From the NCBI GenBank assembly GCA_965602015.1, contig OZ271918.1, positions 2,016,001 through 2,080,000 of the forward strand: DNA of 64,000 nucleotides, read 5' to 3'. Positions 1-10,515 of this stretch are shown piece by piece. The position numbers and the translations under genes were made by a program. Every line of letters begins with the position of its first letter. Position 1 is the stretch's first letter. The DNA comes from Salinispira sp. (lineage in GTDB: Bacteria; Spirochaetota; Spirochaetia; DSM-27196; Salinispiraceae). The notes under the pieces were generated by a model. The model ran no database searches and was not told the DNA's origin. It saw nothing but the letters and a program-made list of their open reading frames with translations.

Positions 1-245
1 GAAAGGTCGATATTGTTTGTCCCGGTGGCCAGAACCCCGATGTATTTCAGGCGGGTCAACAGGTCCATCATGTCCCTGCCGATGGGGACCTTGTTGGTAA
101 GGATGACCTCGGCGTCGGAAGCCTTTTCTACGACTTCGGATGGCTGCATGCGGGGAAAAACCTTCAGCGACCCGAGCTGTTCCAGCGGACTCCAGCTGAG
201 ATCCCCGGGATTCATGGTGTAACCGTCTAAAATGGCAATCTTCAT
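1..245 (-). CDS. D-2-hydroxyacid dehydrogenase (glycerate dehydrogenase-like), N-terminal part; runs off the window
   Basis: Manual translation from ATG at 245: MKIAILDGYTMNPGDLSWSPLEQLG...ILTNKVPI...LKYIGVLATGTNNIDL, a typical N-terminus of this family. Not in the ORF track. Confidence 0.88.
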   Translation of the reverse strand, partial: MKIAILDGYTMNPGDLSWSPLEQLGSLKVFPRMQPSEVVEKASDAEVILTNKVPIGRDMMDLLTRLKYIGVLATGTNNIDL

Positions 246-322
246 GTTTTTAATATGCAGTTTCACCGAAAAACTGTCCAGAAAATATCGCAGGAGAATT
301 TGAGCTATGCTATACTAGGGCC

Positions 323-565
323 ATGCCGAAGCTTCATGACCTGTGCCAGCAATTCTGGGAAGAGATGACTTCCGCCTCCTCCCCCGAAGGCCAAACCCGC
401 AGCGCGGAAGAAATTGTCGATATCGCCTACGCCTATCTTCAGAGGCACATCCCGAGGGACGCCGATGTCCTTCGCCGTCATCTTCTTATTCTTGCCAAAG
501 AGATGAACATTGACGGCACGAGCTACGACAATATCGAACAGCTCACAGAGAGCCTTTTCGGCTAA
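323..565 (+). CDS. hypothetical protein (80 aa)
   Basis: ORF fills the gap before ilvD; TGcTATACT lies 6 nt upstream of the ATG. Confidence 0.6.
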   Translation: MPKLHDLCQQFWEEMTSASSPEGQTRSAEEIVDIAYAYLQRHIPRDADVLRRHLLILAKEMNIDGTSYDNIEQLTESLFG

Positions 566-651
566 TAGAAACCCGGTAAAACCTCCCCTTGCACAACGGC
601 GACCGTCGGGGTAGATTGTCCTGTCTTTGTATATTTATGCAGGAGTCGTGA

Positions 652-2487
652 ATGCCCCGATTGCGAAGCAGCACTAACACCCTCGGCAGGAATATGGCCG
701 GCGCCCGTTCCCTCTGGCGGGCCAACGGCATGGAATCAGATCAGTTCGGAAAACCCATCATTGCCATAGCCAATTCATTTACCCAGTTTGTTCCCGGGCA
801 TGCCCATCTTCACAGTATTGGTCAGCGGGTAAAGTCGATCATCGAGAAATCCGGCTGTTTTGCTGCGGAATTTAACACAATAGCGGTAGACGACGGCATC
901 GCAATGGGGCATGAAGGCATGCTCTACTCCCTGCCGAGCAGGGAAATTATCGCCGACAGCGTAGAATACATGGTTAACGCCCATTGTGCCGATGCCCTTG
1001 TATGCATTTCCAATTGCGACAAAATCACACCGGGAATGCTCATGGCGGCAATGCGCTTAAACATCCCCGCAATCTTTGTCAGCGGAGGACCCATGGAAGC
1101 TGGAAGGGTCGGCGATGAGCGTTATGATCTGGTGGATGTGATGGTCATGGGTCCGGATTCCAGCGTAAGCGACCGGCAGTTATCGATAGTAGAAGAAAAC
1201 GCCTGCCCCACCTGTGGAAGCTGCTCGGGAATGTTCACCGCGAACAGCATGAACTGTCTCAACGAAGCCCTTGGACTGGCGCTTCCGGGGAACGGCACTG
1301 TTTTGGCTACCCACCGGGAGCGCCTTGGGCTGTTCGATAAGGCTGCCGAACGCATTGTCGAGCTGGCGCAGGAGTATTACTTCAACGACAATGAAGCCGT
1401 TCTCCCCCGCAGCATTGCCAGCCGGAGGGCATTCCTCAATGCCATGAGTCTTGATATTGCCATGGGCGGCAGCACCAATACGGTGCTGCATCTTTTGGCA
1501 ATCGCACGGGAAGGCGGGGTCGATTTTACAATGGAAGATATCGATGAGCTGAGCCGGAAGGTGCCTTGTATCTGCAAGGTCAGCCCCAACAGCAGATATC
1601 ATATAGAAGACGTTCACCGGGCCGGCGGAATAATGGGCATTCTCGGTGAACTTAACAGGGGGGGACTTATCGATACCTCGGCTGGCAGGGTTGATTTTCC
1701 GAACCTGGCAGCAGCCCTGGCAAACTTTGACCTTGTATCGGGCAATGGGCTGGCCGGTAAAGAAATACAGAATTTCTATTCCGCTGCCCCGGGCGGCGTA
1801 AAAAACCTTACAATGGGCAGTCAGGACTCACAATTCCGCGAGCTGGATCTGGACAGGAAGAACGGCTGCGTGCGAAGCGTGGACAATGCATACTACCCCG
1901 ACGGCGGCCTGGCTGTTCTATCGGGAAACTTGGCTGAGAACGGTTCCATTGTGAAGACTGCCGGAGTCGATAAAAGCATTTTCACGTTTTCCGGACCTGC
2001 AGTGGTATTTGAAAGCCAGGAGGATGCCATCGCCGGAATTCTCAACGGCGCAGTCGCCGCCGGAGATGTGGTTATTATCCGCTATGAAGGTCCGAAGGGC
2101 GGCCCGGGGATGCAGGAAATGCTGTATCCTACCAGCTATCTAAAAAGCATGAAACTCGGGAAAAGCTGCGCGCTTATTACCGACGGCAGATTTTCCGGAG
2201 GAACCAGCGGCCTCTCCATCGGACACGTGAGCCCCGAAGCCGCAGCCGGAGGAGTTATCGCCCTGGTCGAAAATGGCGACCGGGTAATCATCGACATTCC
2301 CCGGCGAACCCTTGCCCTGGACATCGGCGACAATGTCCTTGAGGAACGCCGCCGGGCTCAGCTGGCGCGGGGCAAGGCAGCCTGGACGCCCTTGAATAGA
2401 AGCAGAACGGTAAGCCGGGCGTTGCAGATTTACGCTCAACACGCCACAAGCGCAGACCAGGGCGCCTTTCGTGAGGTAGGCTTTTGA
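652..2487 (+). CDS. ilvD: dihydroxy-acid dehydratase
   Basis: Motifs [55 protein letters not shown]. Confidence 0.97.
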   Translation: MPRLRSSTNTLGRNMAGARSLWRANGMESDQFGKPIIAIANSFTQFVPGHAHLHSIGQRVKSIIEKSGCFAAEFNTIAVDDGIAMGHEGMLYSLPSREIIADSVEYMVNAHCADALVCISNCDKITPGMLMAAMRLNIPAIFVSGGPMEAGRVGDERYDLVDVMVMGPDSSVSDRQLSIVEENACPTCGSCSGMFTANSMNCLNEALGLALPGNGTVLATHRERLGLFDKAAERIVELAQEYYFNDNEAVLPRSIASRRAFLNAMSLDIAMGGSTNTVLHLLAIAREGGVDFTMEDIDELSRKVPCICKVSPNSRYHIEDVHRAGGIMGILGELNRGGLIDTSAGRVDFPNLAAALANFDLVSGNGLAGKEIQNFYSAAPGGVKNLTMGSQDSQFRELDLDRKNGCVRSVDNAYYPDGGLAVLSGNLAENGSIVKTAGVDKSIFTFSGPAVVFESQEDAIAGILNGAVAAGDVVIIRYEGPKGGPGMQEMLYPTSYLKSMKLGKSCALITDGRFSGGTSGLSIGHVSPEAAAGGVIALVENGDRVIIDIPRRTLALDIGDNVLEERRRAQLARGKAAWTPLNRSRTVSRALQIYAQHATSADQGAFREVGF

Positions 2488-3842
2488 GTACAGCGGTCTA
2501 TCTTGAACAGCCCTATAAACAGACCCTCACGGCCCGCATCGTAAAAACCCTGCATTTGCCGACGTTTCAGCCTCCCCGCACGGGCATCATTCTGGATAAA
2601 ACGATTTTCTATCCTGAAGGCGGCGGCCAACCCGGCGATCGGGGTATGCTCGGCGATCATCCCATACTGGACACAAAAAAAGCCGGTGAACTGGGAATTC
2701 CTGCGGAAGAGTCGGCAGCCGATGAAATCATTCATATAATCGCGCTTAACGGCCTGACCCGGGGGGGCAGCGAGGTCGAGCTCCGGCTGGACTGGGCTCG
2801 TCGCTTCGACTTCATGCAACAGCACAGCGGGCAACATCTTCTGTCGGCAGCCTTCTGGCATATCGGAAAGTATCCCACGGTCTCGGTTCATCAGGGCGAA
2901 GAGTATACAACCATCGAATTTGAAGCCGGGGACATCCCCGACCGTGATATTATCCGGGCATGCGAACTGGCAAATGCCGCCATCCTCGCTGATCTTCCCA
3001 TCGTCTCGCGAACGGTCAGCCGAGAGCAACTGGAAGAGCTCTCCCTGCGCCGCGACGTTAAGGTCAGTGATAACATCAGGATATTGGAAATAGGAGCCGC
3101 CGGTGATACGGGTAATGCCTCCGCAGCCGACTCGAAGGCGATTCTCCATGGACTTCATTACGACGGATTCTCACTGCCCCTTCCCTTCGACAGGGTTGGC
3201 TGTGGGGGAGTTCATTGCCGCAGAACCGGAGAAATACGGCTAATTCAGCATGTAAAAACCGAAAGAATTCGCGGCAGGGTCCGGCTGTACTGGAAAATCG
3301 GAAACCGCGCTCTGGTTGATTACGATCTGAAGCACCGCATTTCCGATAATCTGGTGACCCTTCTCAGCAGGTCGGTACCCGACCTGCCCGACAGGGTGGC
3401 ACAAATGAGCGAAGAAATCGCTTCGCTGCGAAAACAGGTCAGGGACCTGCAGCGCTCAGCCGTTTACCAAAGATTAGACGAGGCATTCGCCCGGGATAAC
3501 AAAGCGCTGTACCTTCAGGACGCGGACATGAACCTCCTGAGAGATTCGGTAAAACGACTGCAAAAACAAGGCGTTACCCAAGGGTTGTTGTGCGCAACCC
3601 ATCGGGATGAGCCGGGCAAGATTTTCTGGTGCCTCTTATGGGACGATGAACCTCCGCTTGATTTCCCCAAACTCAAAAAAGAGATTCTGGATCCCCAGGA
3701 CGCCCGCGGCGGAGGCAAGGCGCCGCTCTGGCAGGGCAGCATTACGCTGGCCGATGATTCAGGAAGGCATCCGACACATGATCTGCTGGAGGAGCGCGCC
3801 AAGGCTTTTCTTTCGCAACTGCAGGCCGCAGTCATTCGCTAA
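2484..3842 (+). CDS. AlaX-type alanyl-tRNA editing protein with C-terminal DHHA1-like domain
   Basis: [24 protein letters not shown] (HxxxH) and CGGVH (CxxxH) zinc motifs; RGGG near the C-terminus; TTG start overlaps the ilvD stop. Confidence 0.88.
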   Translation: MSTAVYLEQPYKQTLTARIVKTLHLPTFQPPRTGIILDKTIFYPEGGGQPGDRGMLGDHPILDTKKAGELGIPAEESAADEIIHIIALNGLTRGGSEVELRLDWARRFDFMQQHSGQHLLSAAFWHIGKYPTVSVHQGEEYTTIEFEAGDIPDRDIIRACELANAAILADLPIVSRTVSREQLEELSLRRDVKVSDNIRILEIGAAGDTGNASAADSKAILHGLHYDGFSLPLPFDRVGCGGVHCRRTGEIRLIQHVKTERIRGRVRLYWKIGNRALVDYDLKHRISDNLVTLLSRSVPDLPDRVAQMSEEIASLRKQVRDLQRSAVYQRLDEAFARDNKALYLQDADMNLLRDSVKRLQKQGVTQGLLCATHRDEPGKIFWCLLWDDEPPLDFPKLKKEILDPQDARGGGKAPLWQGSITLADDSGRHPTHDLLEERAKAFLSQLQAAVIR

Positions 3843-3889
3843 CACATCACCTGCAAACAGACAACCCGCGCTGTGTTGTATTCCGCATA

Positions 3890-4048
3890 CTAATCGAGCA
3901 TATCGAAAAAAGACTTGTCCTGGTAACAAATAGGACAGGTCCAATCCTCCGGGAGGTCCTCAAATTCCGTCCCCCCTTCAATTCCACCCTCCGGATCCCC
4001 GGTTTCCGGGTCGTATATGTACCCGCAATTTGAGCAGATATATCTCAT
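3890..4048 (-). CDS. rubredoxin (52 aa)
   Basis: Manual translation: [52 protein letters not shown]. Two CxxC knuckles and the FEDLPEDW motif; GGAGGA SD upstream. Not in the ORF track. Confidence 0.95.
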   Translation of the reverse strand: MRYICSNCGYIYDPETGDPEGGIEGGTEFEDLPEDWTCPICYQDKSFFDMLD

Positions 4049-4142
4049 TTTGATCCTCCAAAAATGCGCTAAAAATTTTTATCTTCACTGCACCCTTCAG
4101 GCCAGCATTATTTCCTCAAATCATACCTGAGTCCCGACGGGG

Positions 4143-7100
4143 TTATTCAACATTAAAATACTTCGCCTGGGGGTGATGAACCACAAAGGCGCTAGTTGTC
4201 TGTTCGGGTACCATTTGCTCCTCATCGCTTACGGTGACCCCAATGAGGGAGCTGTCCAGAATTTCACAGAGCACCCGGTTTTGGGCAAGATCAGGACATG
4301 CGGGGTACCCGAAGCTGTAGCGGCTCCCCCGGTATTTTTGGATGACAAAGTCCTGTATACCTTCCCCGTCCTCCTCGGTAATTCCGAGTTCCTGACGAAC
4401 CTTCAAATGCCAGTACTCCGCAAGTGCCTCGGCGGTTTCCACGCTCAATCCGTGAAAAAGCAGGTAATCCTTGTACTCGTTAGCTTCATACAGGTTCTTG
4501 TTGTGGTCGTGGGCGGCCATACCGACGGTGGCTATCTGAAGAGCTATGATGTCTTTCACTCCGCTCTCAAGGGGAAGGAAGTAATCCGCAATGCACTGCC
4601 GCGGAGCCTCCGGTTGCCTGGGAAATGAGAATCTGGCTAACTCTTCTTCGCTTCCCGGCCGGTACATAATCACGTCATTTCCGTCGGAGTTGCACTGGTA
4701 ATACCCGTATATCACCTTGGGCTCCAGCAATTGCCGGGAACGGGCGTCGGCTTTGAGGGCTTCAAACTCCGGGCGGACGGTGTTCTCTATGAGGTCTTCA
4801 TATTCCTCTTTGCTGAGCTTTCCCCGCCGGTATCCCCAGCGGCCGCGGAACAGCACCTCCTCAGTGAGATAATCGTAGACCAGATCGAGATCAATGCCCT
4901 CCACCACCTTGTTGCCAAAAAACGGAGCTTCGGGGATAACAACGCTGCGGTCAACCTCTATTCGCTCGGGTCCATCCTGTTTGATTCTGGGCCGGGGTGC
5001 GGGACGGTTGGCCCGCTTTTCCCGCTCAGCTGCGACAAAATCATCGAGTTGTTTATCCTTAATGAGATTCATCGCCCGCAGGCCGGCAAAAGCATCCGCA
5101 CAGTAGACAACCGGGGCATCAAGTACTGCGCCGCAGGTTTCCCAGACGTAGGAAGGCGTCAATGCGGCGCCTCCCAGGAGCACCGGTATGTCTATTTTCC
5201 TCCGTTGAAGTTCCTCCAGATTTTCCTTCATGATTATTGTCGATTTAACCAGCAGTCCGCTCATGCCAATGGCATCGGCTTTGACTTCCTCGGCCTTCCG
5301 GATAATCGTATCGATTTCGCATTTGATTCCCAGGTTGTGAACTTTGAAGCCGTTGTTGCTCAGGATGATGTCCACGAGATTCTTGCCGATATCGTGCACG
5401 TCTCCCCGGACCGTGGCGAGTACAATGCTTTTTTGCTCGCTGCTATCTTTCTTCTCCATGTGAGGCTCGAGAAAATCCACCGAATACTTCATCACTTCCG
5501 CGGATTGAAGGACAAAGGGAAGCTGCATCTTTCCGTCACCAAAAAGCCGGCCGACCACCTTCATGGCGGGAATAAGCATGCCGTTTATAATCTCGATAGG
5601 ACCGTGGTTTTCCAGCGCCCGGGCCAGCAGCTCCTGCATTCCCCCCTTGGACCCCTGGACAATCTTCTTGCCGATCCGTTCATCAAGGGGGAGGGATTCG
5701 TCGGCCGAGTCATCGGCATCGACGGTTATTCCCGCCCGCTGGGCAAAGTATGCGATAAACTGAAAAAGAGGAGTTTTTCCCTCCGGCGCCGAGTCCGATT
5801 GGTCCATTTTGTTGTAAATAAGATTCCGGGCTACCTGAATATCCTGCTCCTCCAGGTTTGCCAGGGGAAGAATATGCCGGAGGTTGACAATTGCCATATC
5901 GAGCCCCGCTTCCACCGCATCGGCCAGGAAAACGGAATTCAAAACCCGACGGCTGGCCGGGGAGAGGCCAAAGCTCACATTACTCAGCCCGAGCACCGTG
6001 CTTACACCGGGAATTGAATTTTTAATGAGGCGAATTCCTTCGAGGGTGGCCATTGCCGATTCGGTCATGGACTCATCCCCTGCCCCGAGGGTAAAGGTCA
6101 GCGGGTCAAAAATGAGATCCTCGGGTTTCAACCCGTGCTCGGTCACTGCTATTGCATAAATCCGCTGGGCTATCGACAGCTTCCGCTCGGGTTCCCTGGC
6201 CATTCCCTGTTCATCGATTGTCAGGGCAATCAAGGCCGCACCATAGCGCTTGGCGAGGGTGCAGACCCGGTGTGCCCTATCCTCCCCGTCCTCAAGGTTT
6301 ATGGAATTGATAATGGCCCGCCCGCCGTACATTTGCAGGGCACGCTCCATCACCGGCAACTCGGTACTGTCAATCACCAACGGCAGGGGTATCTGGGTTA
6401 CCATCCGCTTCATGGTCTCGCTGATATCTCGTACCTCGTCCCGTCCGGTGTAGGCTACGCAGAGATCAAGGGCATGAACGCCGCTGTGAACCTGCTCCCG
6501 GGCCACATCAACCAGACCGTCCCAATTCTCCTCGAGCAGTAGTTCCCGGAACTTCTTCGAACCGTTGGTATTCGTTCGTTCGCCGATAAAAAACGGGGAA
6601 TTTTCCTGTCTCAGACTTTGGGCGGAAAAAATTCCCGCGACCGACGCGGGAAAGGACGGCTCCTTGACTGCGGGCCCCCAGGAGGAATCCGCCTCCCGGC
6701 GGCGGGTGATTTCATCCGCGAGGGCCTTTATGAACCGGGGATCGGTTCCGCAGCAGCCCCCCACAATGGAAACCCCGTCTTCTTCGATGAAACCCGTCAT
6801 TTCGGTCACATACTCGTCAATCGGAAGGGTGTATTGCAGCTCTCCCCCTACGTTTTGGGGCAGTCCGGCATTGGGATACACCGAGATCGGAAGGGGGCTG
6901 ATTTGGCTGAGCTGTCGGACGTAATTTTTCATATCGGCTGGACCGGTAGCGCAGTTCATGCCCAGGGTGTCTATTCCAAGGGGAGAAATTGCGGCAAACA
7001 CCGCCGGCAGCTCGCTTCCCACTAATAATGTGCCGGTTGTCTCCACGGTGAATGAAACCATGAGGGGAACATCCATTCCCAGGGCTTCCATTTCATCCTG

Positions 7101-7613
7101 GGCTGCCAGGACAGCGCACTTTATCTGGAGGGGATCCTGGCAGGTCTCTATAAGCAGGGCGTCGACGCCACCCTCCAGGAGACCGCCGGCATGATCCCGG
7201 TACGAGGCATACATGCTGTCCCAGTCTGTCTGATTGAGGCTGATAAGCTTGGTGCCTGGGCCCATGCAGCCGGCAACGTAACGGGGCTTTTCCGTACTTT
7301 GCCACTTGTCCGCAGCCCGACGGGCAATCTCCCCCGATAAGCGGCTGAGCTCCCTCGCCCGCTGAGAAATGCCGTACTCCGCAAGCACAATAGCATTTGA
7401 GCCAAAACTGTTGGTTTCCACGATGTCGCTGCCTGCGGCAAAATAATTCTCGTGTATCTGCTGTATTTTTTCGGGTATGCTGACATTGAGTATCTCGCTG
7501 CAGCCCAGCAATCCCTGGTAATCCTCGTCGCTGGGTTCAAGGGCGTGAAGCTGGGTACCCATGGCGCCGTCAAACAGGACTATGCCGTTTTGTATTTTTT
7601 CTCGGAATTTCAT
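4143..7613 (-). CDS. metH: cobalamin-dependent methionine synthase
   Basis: FDGAMGT, GMNCATG/GGCCGT (Zn-homocysteine site), IGERTN pterin domain, GDVHDIGKNLV and SGLL (B12 binding), RYSFGYPACPD activation domain. Confidence 0.97.
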   Translation of the reverse strand: MKFREKIQNGIVLFDGAMGTQLHALEPSDEDYQGLLGCSEILNVSIPEKIQQIHENYFAAGSDIVETNSFGSNAIVLAEYGISQRARELSRLSGEIARRAADKWQSTEKPRYVAGCMGPGTKLISLNQTDWDSMYASYRDHAGGLLEGGVDALLIETCQDPLQIKCAVLAAQDEMEALGMDVPLMVSFTVETTGTLLVGSELPAVFAAISPLGIDTLGMNCATGPADMKNYVRQLSQISPLPISVYPNAGLPQNVGGELQYTLPIDEYVTEMTGFIEEDGVSIVGGCCGTDPRFIKALADEITRRREADSSWGPAVKEPSFPASVAGIFSAQSLRQENSPFFIGERTNTNGSKKFRELLLEENWDGLVDVAREQVHSGVHALDLCVAYTGRDEVRDISETMKRMVTQIPLPLVIDSTELPVMERALQMYGGRAIINSINLEDGEDRAHRVCTLAKRYGAALIALTIDEQGMAREPERKLSIAQRIYAIAVTEHGLKPEDLIFDPLTFTLGAGDESMTESAMATLEGIRLIKNSIPGVSTVLGLSNVSFGLSPASRRVLNSVFLADAVEAGLDMAIVNLRHILPLANLEEQDIQVARNLIYNKMDQSDSAPEGKTPLFQFIAYFAQRAGITVDADDSADESLPLDERIGKKIVQGSKGGMQELLARALENHGPIEIINGMLIPAMKVVGRLFGDGKMQLPFVLQSAEVMKYSVDFLEPHMEKKDSSEQKSIVLATVRGDVHDIGKNLVDIILSNNGFKVHNLGIKCEIDTIIRKAEEVKADAIGMSGLLVKSTIIMKENLEELQRRKIDIPVLLGGAALTPSYVWETCGAVLDAPVVYCADAFAGLRAMNLIKDKQLDDFVAAEREKRANRPAPRPRIKQDGPERIEVDRSVVIPEAPFFGNKVVEGIDLDLVYDYLTEEVLFRGRWGYRRGKLSKEEYEDLIENTVRPEFEALKADARSRQLLEPKVIYGYYQCNSDGNDVIMYRPGSEEELARFSFPRQPEAPRQCIADYFLPLESGVKDIIALQIATVGMAAHDHNKNLYEANEYKDYLLFHGLSVETAEALAEYWHLKVRQELGITEEDGEGIQDFVIQKYRGSRYSFGYPACPDLAQNRVLCEILDSSLIGVTVSDEEQMVPEQTTSAFVVHHPQAKYFNVE

Positions 7614-7637
7614 CCTACCACCTGCATAATTATAGAG

Positions 7638-7671
7638 ATATCAATATATCGCGATTTATCGTTGTATTCAA
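7638..7671 (-). promoter_or_regulatory. metH sigma70-like promoter with overlapping imperfect palindrome (candidate SahR-type operator)
   Basis: Minus strand TTGAAT (7666-7671)-N17-TATATT (7643-7648); + strand ATATCAATATATCGCGATTT at 7638-7657 covers the -10. Confidence 0.55.
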
Positions 7672-7769
7672 GAGCCCACAGCATCCCGGCTTTACTGGAC
7701 ACATGACCCAACATTCCGTATAACATACGTATCATATGCCGACGCATACAAGCAATCCTGGAGGATATT

Positions 7770-8576
7770 GTGAAGGATCCGCGGAGAATAATCTGCATAC
7801 ACGGATATGGAGTCCGGGGCTTTTTCTGGACACCAATCAAGCTGGAACTGGAGCGGTATTTCCAGCACGTAATTACTCCGGACCTCACCATGCAGGACAT
7901 CCCAAGCGCCATATCGGAAGTAAAGCAGCTGGCAAGAGTTCATGCCCAGGAATCGGGCCATCCGGTGATTCTGTTCGGTCATAGTCTCGGCGGCATACTT
8001 TCGGCCATGGCCGGAATGCAAATGAATGACGGAGAAATAGACAGCCTGATAATCATGGCATCCCCATACGGCGAACGAAGAAAGGGAATGCACCCCATAG
8101 TAAAGTTTATGTTGAAATTTCGGCTCATTCCCGGATGGGCTGTTCGTTCCCAGTTCTTCGGGAAAAGGACGCCTGAAAAACTCAAGCGGGAACTGTTTGA
8201 TAATGCGGTTCCCGAATCCCTCTCGGTTCAGGAGGCAGTTGCCGAACCGAAGTGGTTTCACACCGACGAACTGCGGCTGCCGGTGCTTCACAAGGTTCTC
8301 GGCCTGGCGAGCGAAGCAGACCGTATAGTATCTGCCGCCGAGACCCAGAAATTCACCGAGGCTCTGGGTGGCAGCTTTACCCTCTTTCCCCGGGATCTTG
8401 ATATCGGACATGATGACTTCACCGTATTTGAACCTGCAATTCAGGAAGTTATCCGCGTCCTTATACCCTTTCTCGGCCTGAGGCTTCGGGAAGAGCATAA
8501 AAACTCAAAGGCGGCACCCGGGGAAAGTCTTTTTACCGGCGAAGACGACGGCGATTCCATCGTAATGAAGCGATAG
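7770..8576 (+). CDS. alpha/beta hydrolase
   Basis: IHG oxyanion motif, GHSLGG nucleophile elbow, D (ADRIV) and H (GHD) triad residues. Confidence 0.85.
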   Translation: MKDPRRIICIHGYGVRGFFWTPIKLELERYFQHVITPDLTMQDIPSAISEVKQLARVHAQESGHPVILFGHSLGGILSAMAGMQMNDGEIDSLIIMASPYGERRKGMHPIVKFMLKFRLIPGWAVRSQFFGKRTPEKLKRELFDNAVPESLSVQEAVAEPKWFHTDELRLPVLHKVLGLASEADRIVSAAETQKFTEALGGSFTLFPRDLDIGHDDFTVFEPAIQEVIRVLIPFLGLRLREEHKNSKAAPGESLFTGEDDGDSIVMKR

Positions 8577-8640
8577 TCCCCCGGTTTCGGGCCCCCAAAT
8601 AAACCATTTCCGGACGCTCCTTGGAGGCTCTTCCCCGGAA

Positions 8641-10515
8641 CTAGGGAACCAGTGCCAAAGAGATCCACGGAACATAGGTAATAATAAGCACCACCGCGAA
8701 CTGAAGAATCAGAAACGGAATAATGCTTCTGTAGACCTCCGGCAACCCTTTCTGAAAACGGTACGAACTGAGAAACAAATTCAGGCCGACAGGCGGCGTA
8801 ATAAACCCCAACTCCAGGTTCGCGAGAAAAATAATCCCCAGATGCAAAGGATCTATGCCGAACACCTGTCCGAGGGGTACAATGAGGGGCACAACCACAA
8901 AAATCGCCGAGTAGATATCCATCAGCGTACCGGTTATAAGCAGCGCGCCGGTGAGCATGAGCAGAAATACGAGTTTGGATGCGATGTTCTCCTGGGCGAA
9001 CAGCGCGAGATTCTGGGGAATCTGAGCGTCAATAATGAAGGTGCTGAGGCCTTTGGCAAGCATGAGTATTACCAGCACGCCGCCGATTATCCTCATGCTC
9101 TTGAGGATCACCAGATACAGCATGCGGCCCCGGATTTCCCTTTTGACCACAACTTCGATTACCACGGTATACATGAGGGTTATGGCCGCGGTCTCCAGCA
9201 AGGTGGCGGCGCCGGTAAAGTACAGGCCGATGGTCAGCAGGGGAATCATTAACTCCCAGGCGGCGGAGACCACGGCTTTTAAAGCCCGTTTTGGTTCAAA
9301 GGGCACTGCCTTGTTGTGGTTCTTCATTGAAATGGCAATGCCGAACACGCTCCTGCTGAGAACCATAAGGATGCCGGGCAGGATGCCAGCGATAAAAAGG
9401 TTGCGGATATTGATACCGGCCACGGAGCCGTACAGGATTATCGCCAGACTGGGAGGAAATAAGAGACCAATACTCCCCGAGCTTGTGAGCACTCCGATAG
9501 AAAAGCGCTCGTTATACCGTCCGCTGCCGTGCAACACCGCGTAGAGCAGCCCGCCGAGGGCGAGAATCGTGACCCCGCTGGCACCGGTGAAGGTGGTAAA
9601 GACAGCGGACACCAGGATTGCAGCTAAAACCATGCCTCCGGGCATCCAGCCGAAGAGGGCGAGAAAAACTTCAATAAAGCGCTCGCTGGCCTTGCTTTCG
9701 GAGAGAAGGAACCCCGTGAGAGTAAACAGGGCTATGGAGGAAATTGCGGAATTGTCCAAAACCGCATACCCGTCATATAGAACAACCCCCGGGCCTACCC
9801 CGCCCCGGAGAAACAGCAGGGTGGCGATGCCTCCCAGGACGATGTACAGCGGCAAACCGGTGGGCGCAAGCAGAATAAGGAGCACAATCATCACAGGCAA
9901 AACCGGCGGTATGACGCTGTACCACATACCCTCCAGAGTAAAAATCCAGTCCGGTATGGCTGAAGCCGTGGCATACATGATATTCAACAGGGAGGGAAGC
10001 GCGGTAACAATGCCGGCGAGAATTCCCGCAAGATGCGCCCACCACGGATCGGAGCCAAGGTTGCGTTTTAGCCAGTGATAAAAAATTCCCGTGAAGCCCA
10101 AGGGTATAAACGCAATAAAGACCTGTATCGGAATGAACATGATGAGCTCATCCAGAAAAGCCACAAAGAGCATTTCCAGGCTTCCAATTATGTACTGGAT
10201 AATCATAAAGCTGCCCGCAGCATTGCGAAGGGCAATGAGCGGTTTTATCAACGGATGCTTTTTCTTGTCCAGCCCCAGATTCAGACTGAGGTGCTGGTTT
10301 TGACTCTCGGCATAACTTCCCGCCAACGCGGTTATCATCACAATGAGATGAAAGACTATTTCATTTTGATACGGCAGATCAGATCCGCCGACCAAGCGAA
10401 CCAGCCAGGCGATAACCGGAACAAGAGCCAGCAGGGCATACCACAGGATGCCGAATCCCGACTCAATGCTCTCCAGCAGCCAAGGGCGGCGTTTAACGCT
10501 TTGGGACTCGCTCAT
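8641..10515 (-). CDS. TRAP transporter fused small/large permease (DctQ-M, TPAT type)
   Basis: Polytopic membrane protein with FTGASG, GSIGLLFPPS and ELGFITPPVGLNLF DctM motifs preceded by a DctQ-sized segment. Confidence 0.92.
   Translation of the reverse strand: MSESQSVKRRPWLLESIESGFGILWYALLALVPVIAWLVRLVGGSDLPYQNEIVFHLIVMITALAGSYAESQNQHLSLNLGLDKKKHPLIKPLIALRNAAGSFMIIQYIIGSLEMLFVAFLDELIMFIPIQVFIAFIPLGFTGIFYHWLKRNLGSDPWWAHLAGILAGIVTALPSLLNIMYATASAIPDWIFTLEGMWYSVIPPVLPVMIVLLILLAPTGLPLYIVLGGIATLLFLRGGVGPGVVLYDGYAVLDNSAISSIALFTLTGFLLSESKASERFIEVFLALFGWMPGGMVLAAILVSAVFTTFTGASGVTILALGGLLYAVLHGSGRYNERFSIGVLTSSGSIGLLFPPSLAIILYGSVAGINIRNLFIAGILPGILMVLSRSVFGIAISMKNHNKAVPFEPKRALKAVVSAAWELMIPLLTIGLYFTGAATLLETAAITLMYTVVIEVVVKREIRGRMLYLVILKSMRIIGGVLVILMLAKGLSTFIIDAQIPQNLALFAQENIASKLVFLLMLTGALLITGTLMDIYSAIFVVVPLIVPLGQVFGIDPLHLGIIFLANLELGFITPPVGLNLFLSSYRFQKGLPEVYRSIIPFLILQFAVVLIITYVPWISLALVP

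Noticed and set aside
4731..6017. Long antisense ORFs (this one, and e.g. 53259-54791, 45308-46132, 7692-8498)
   Set aside because: They are shadow frames opposite well-supported genes in moderately GC-rich DNA.
7614..7769. SAM or cobalamin riboswitch before metH (and before metX)
   Set aside because: No S-box or B12-box consensus is visible, and the predicted leaders are too short.
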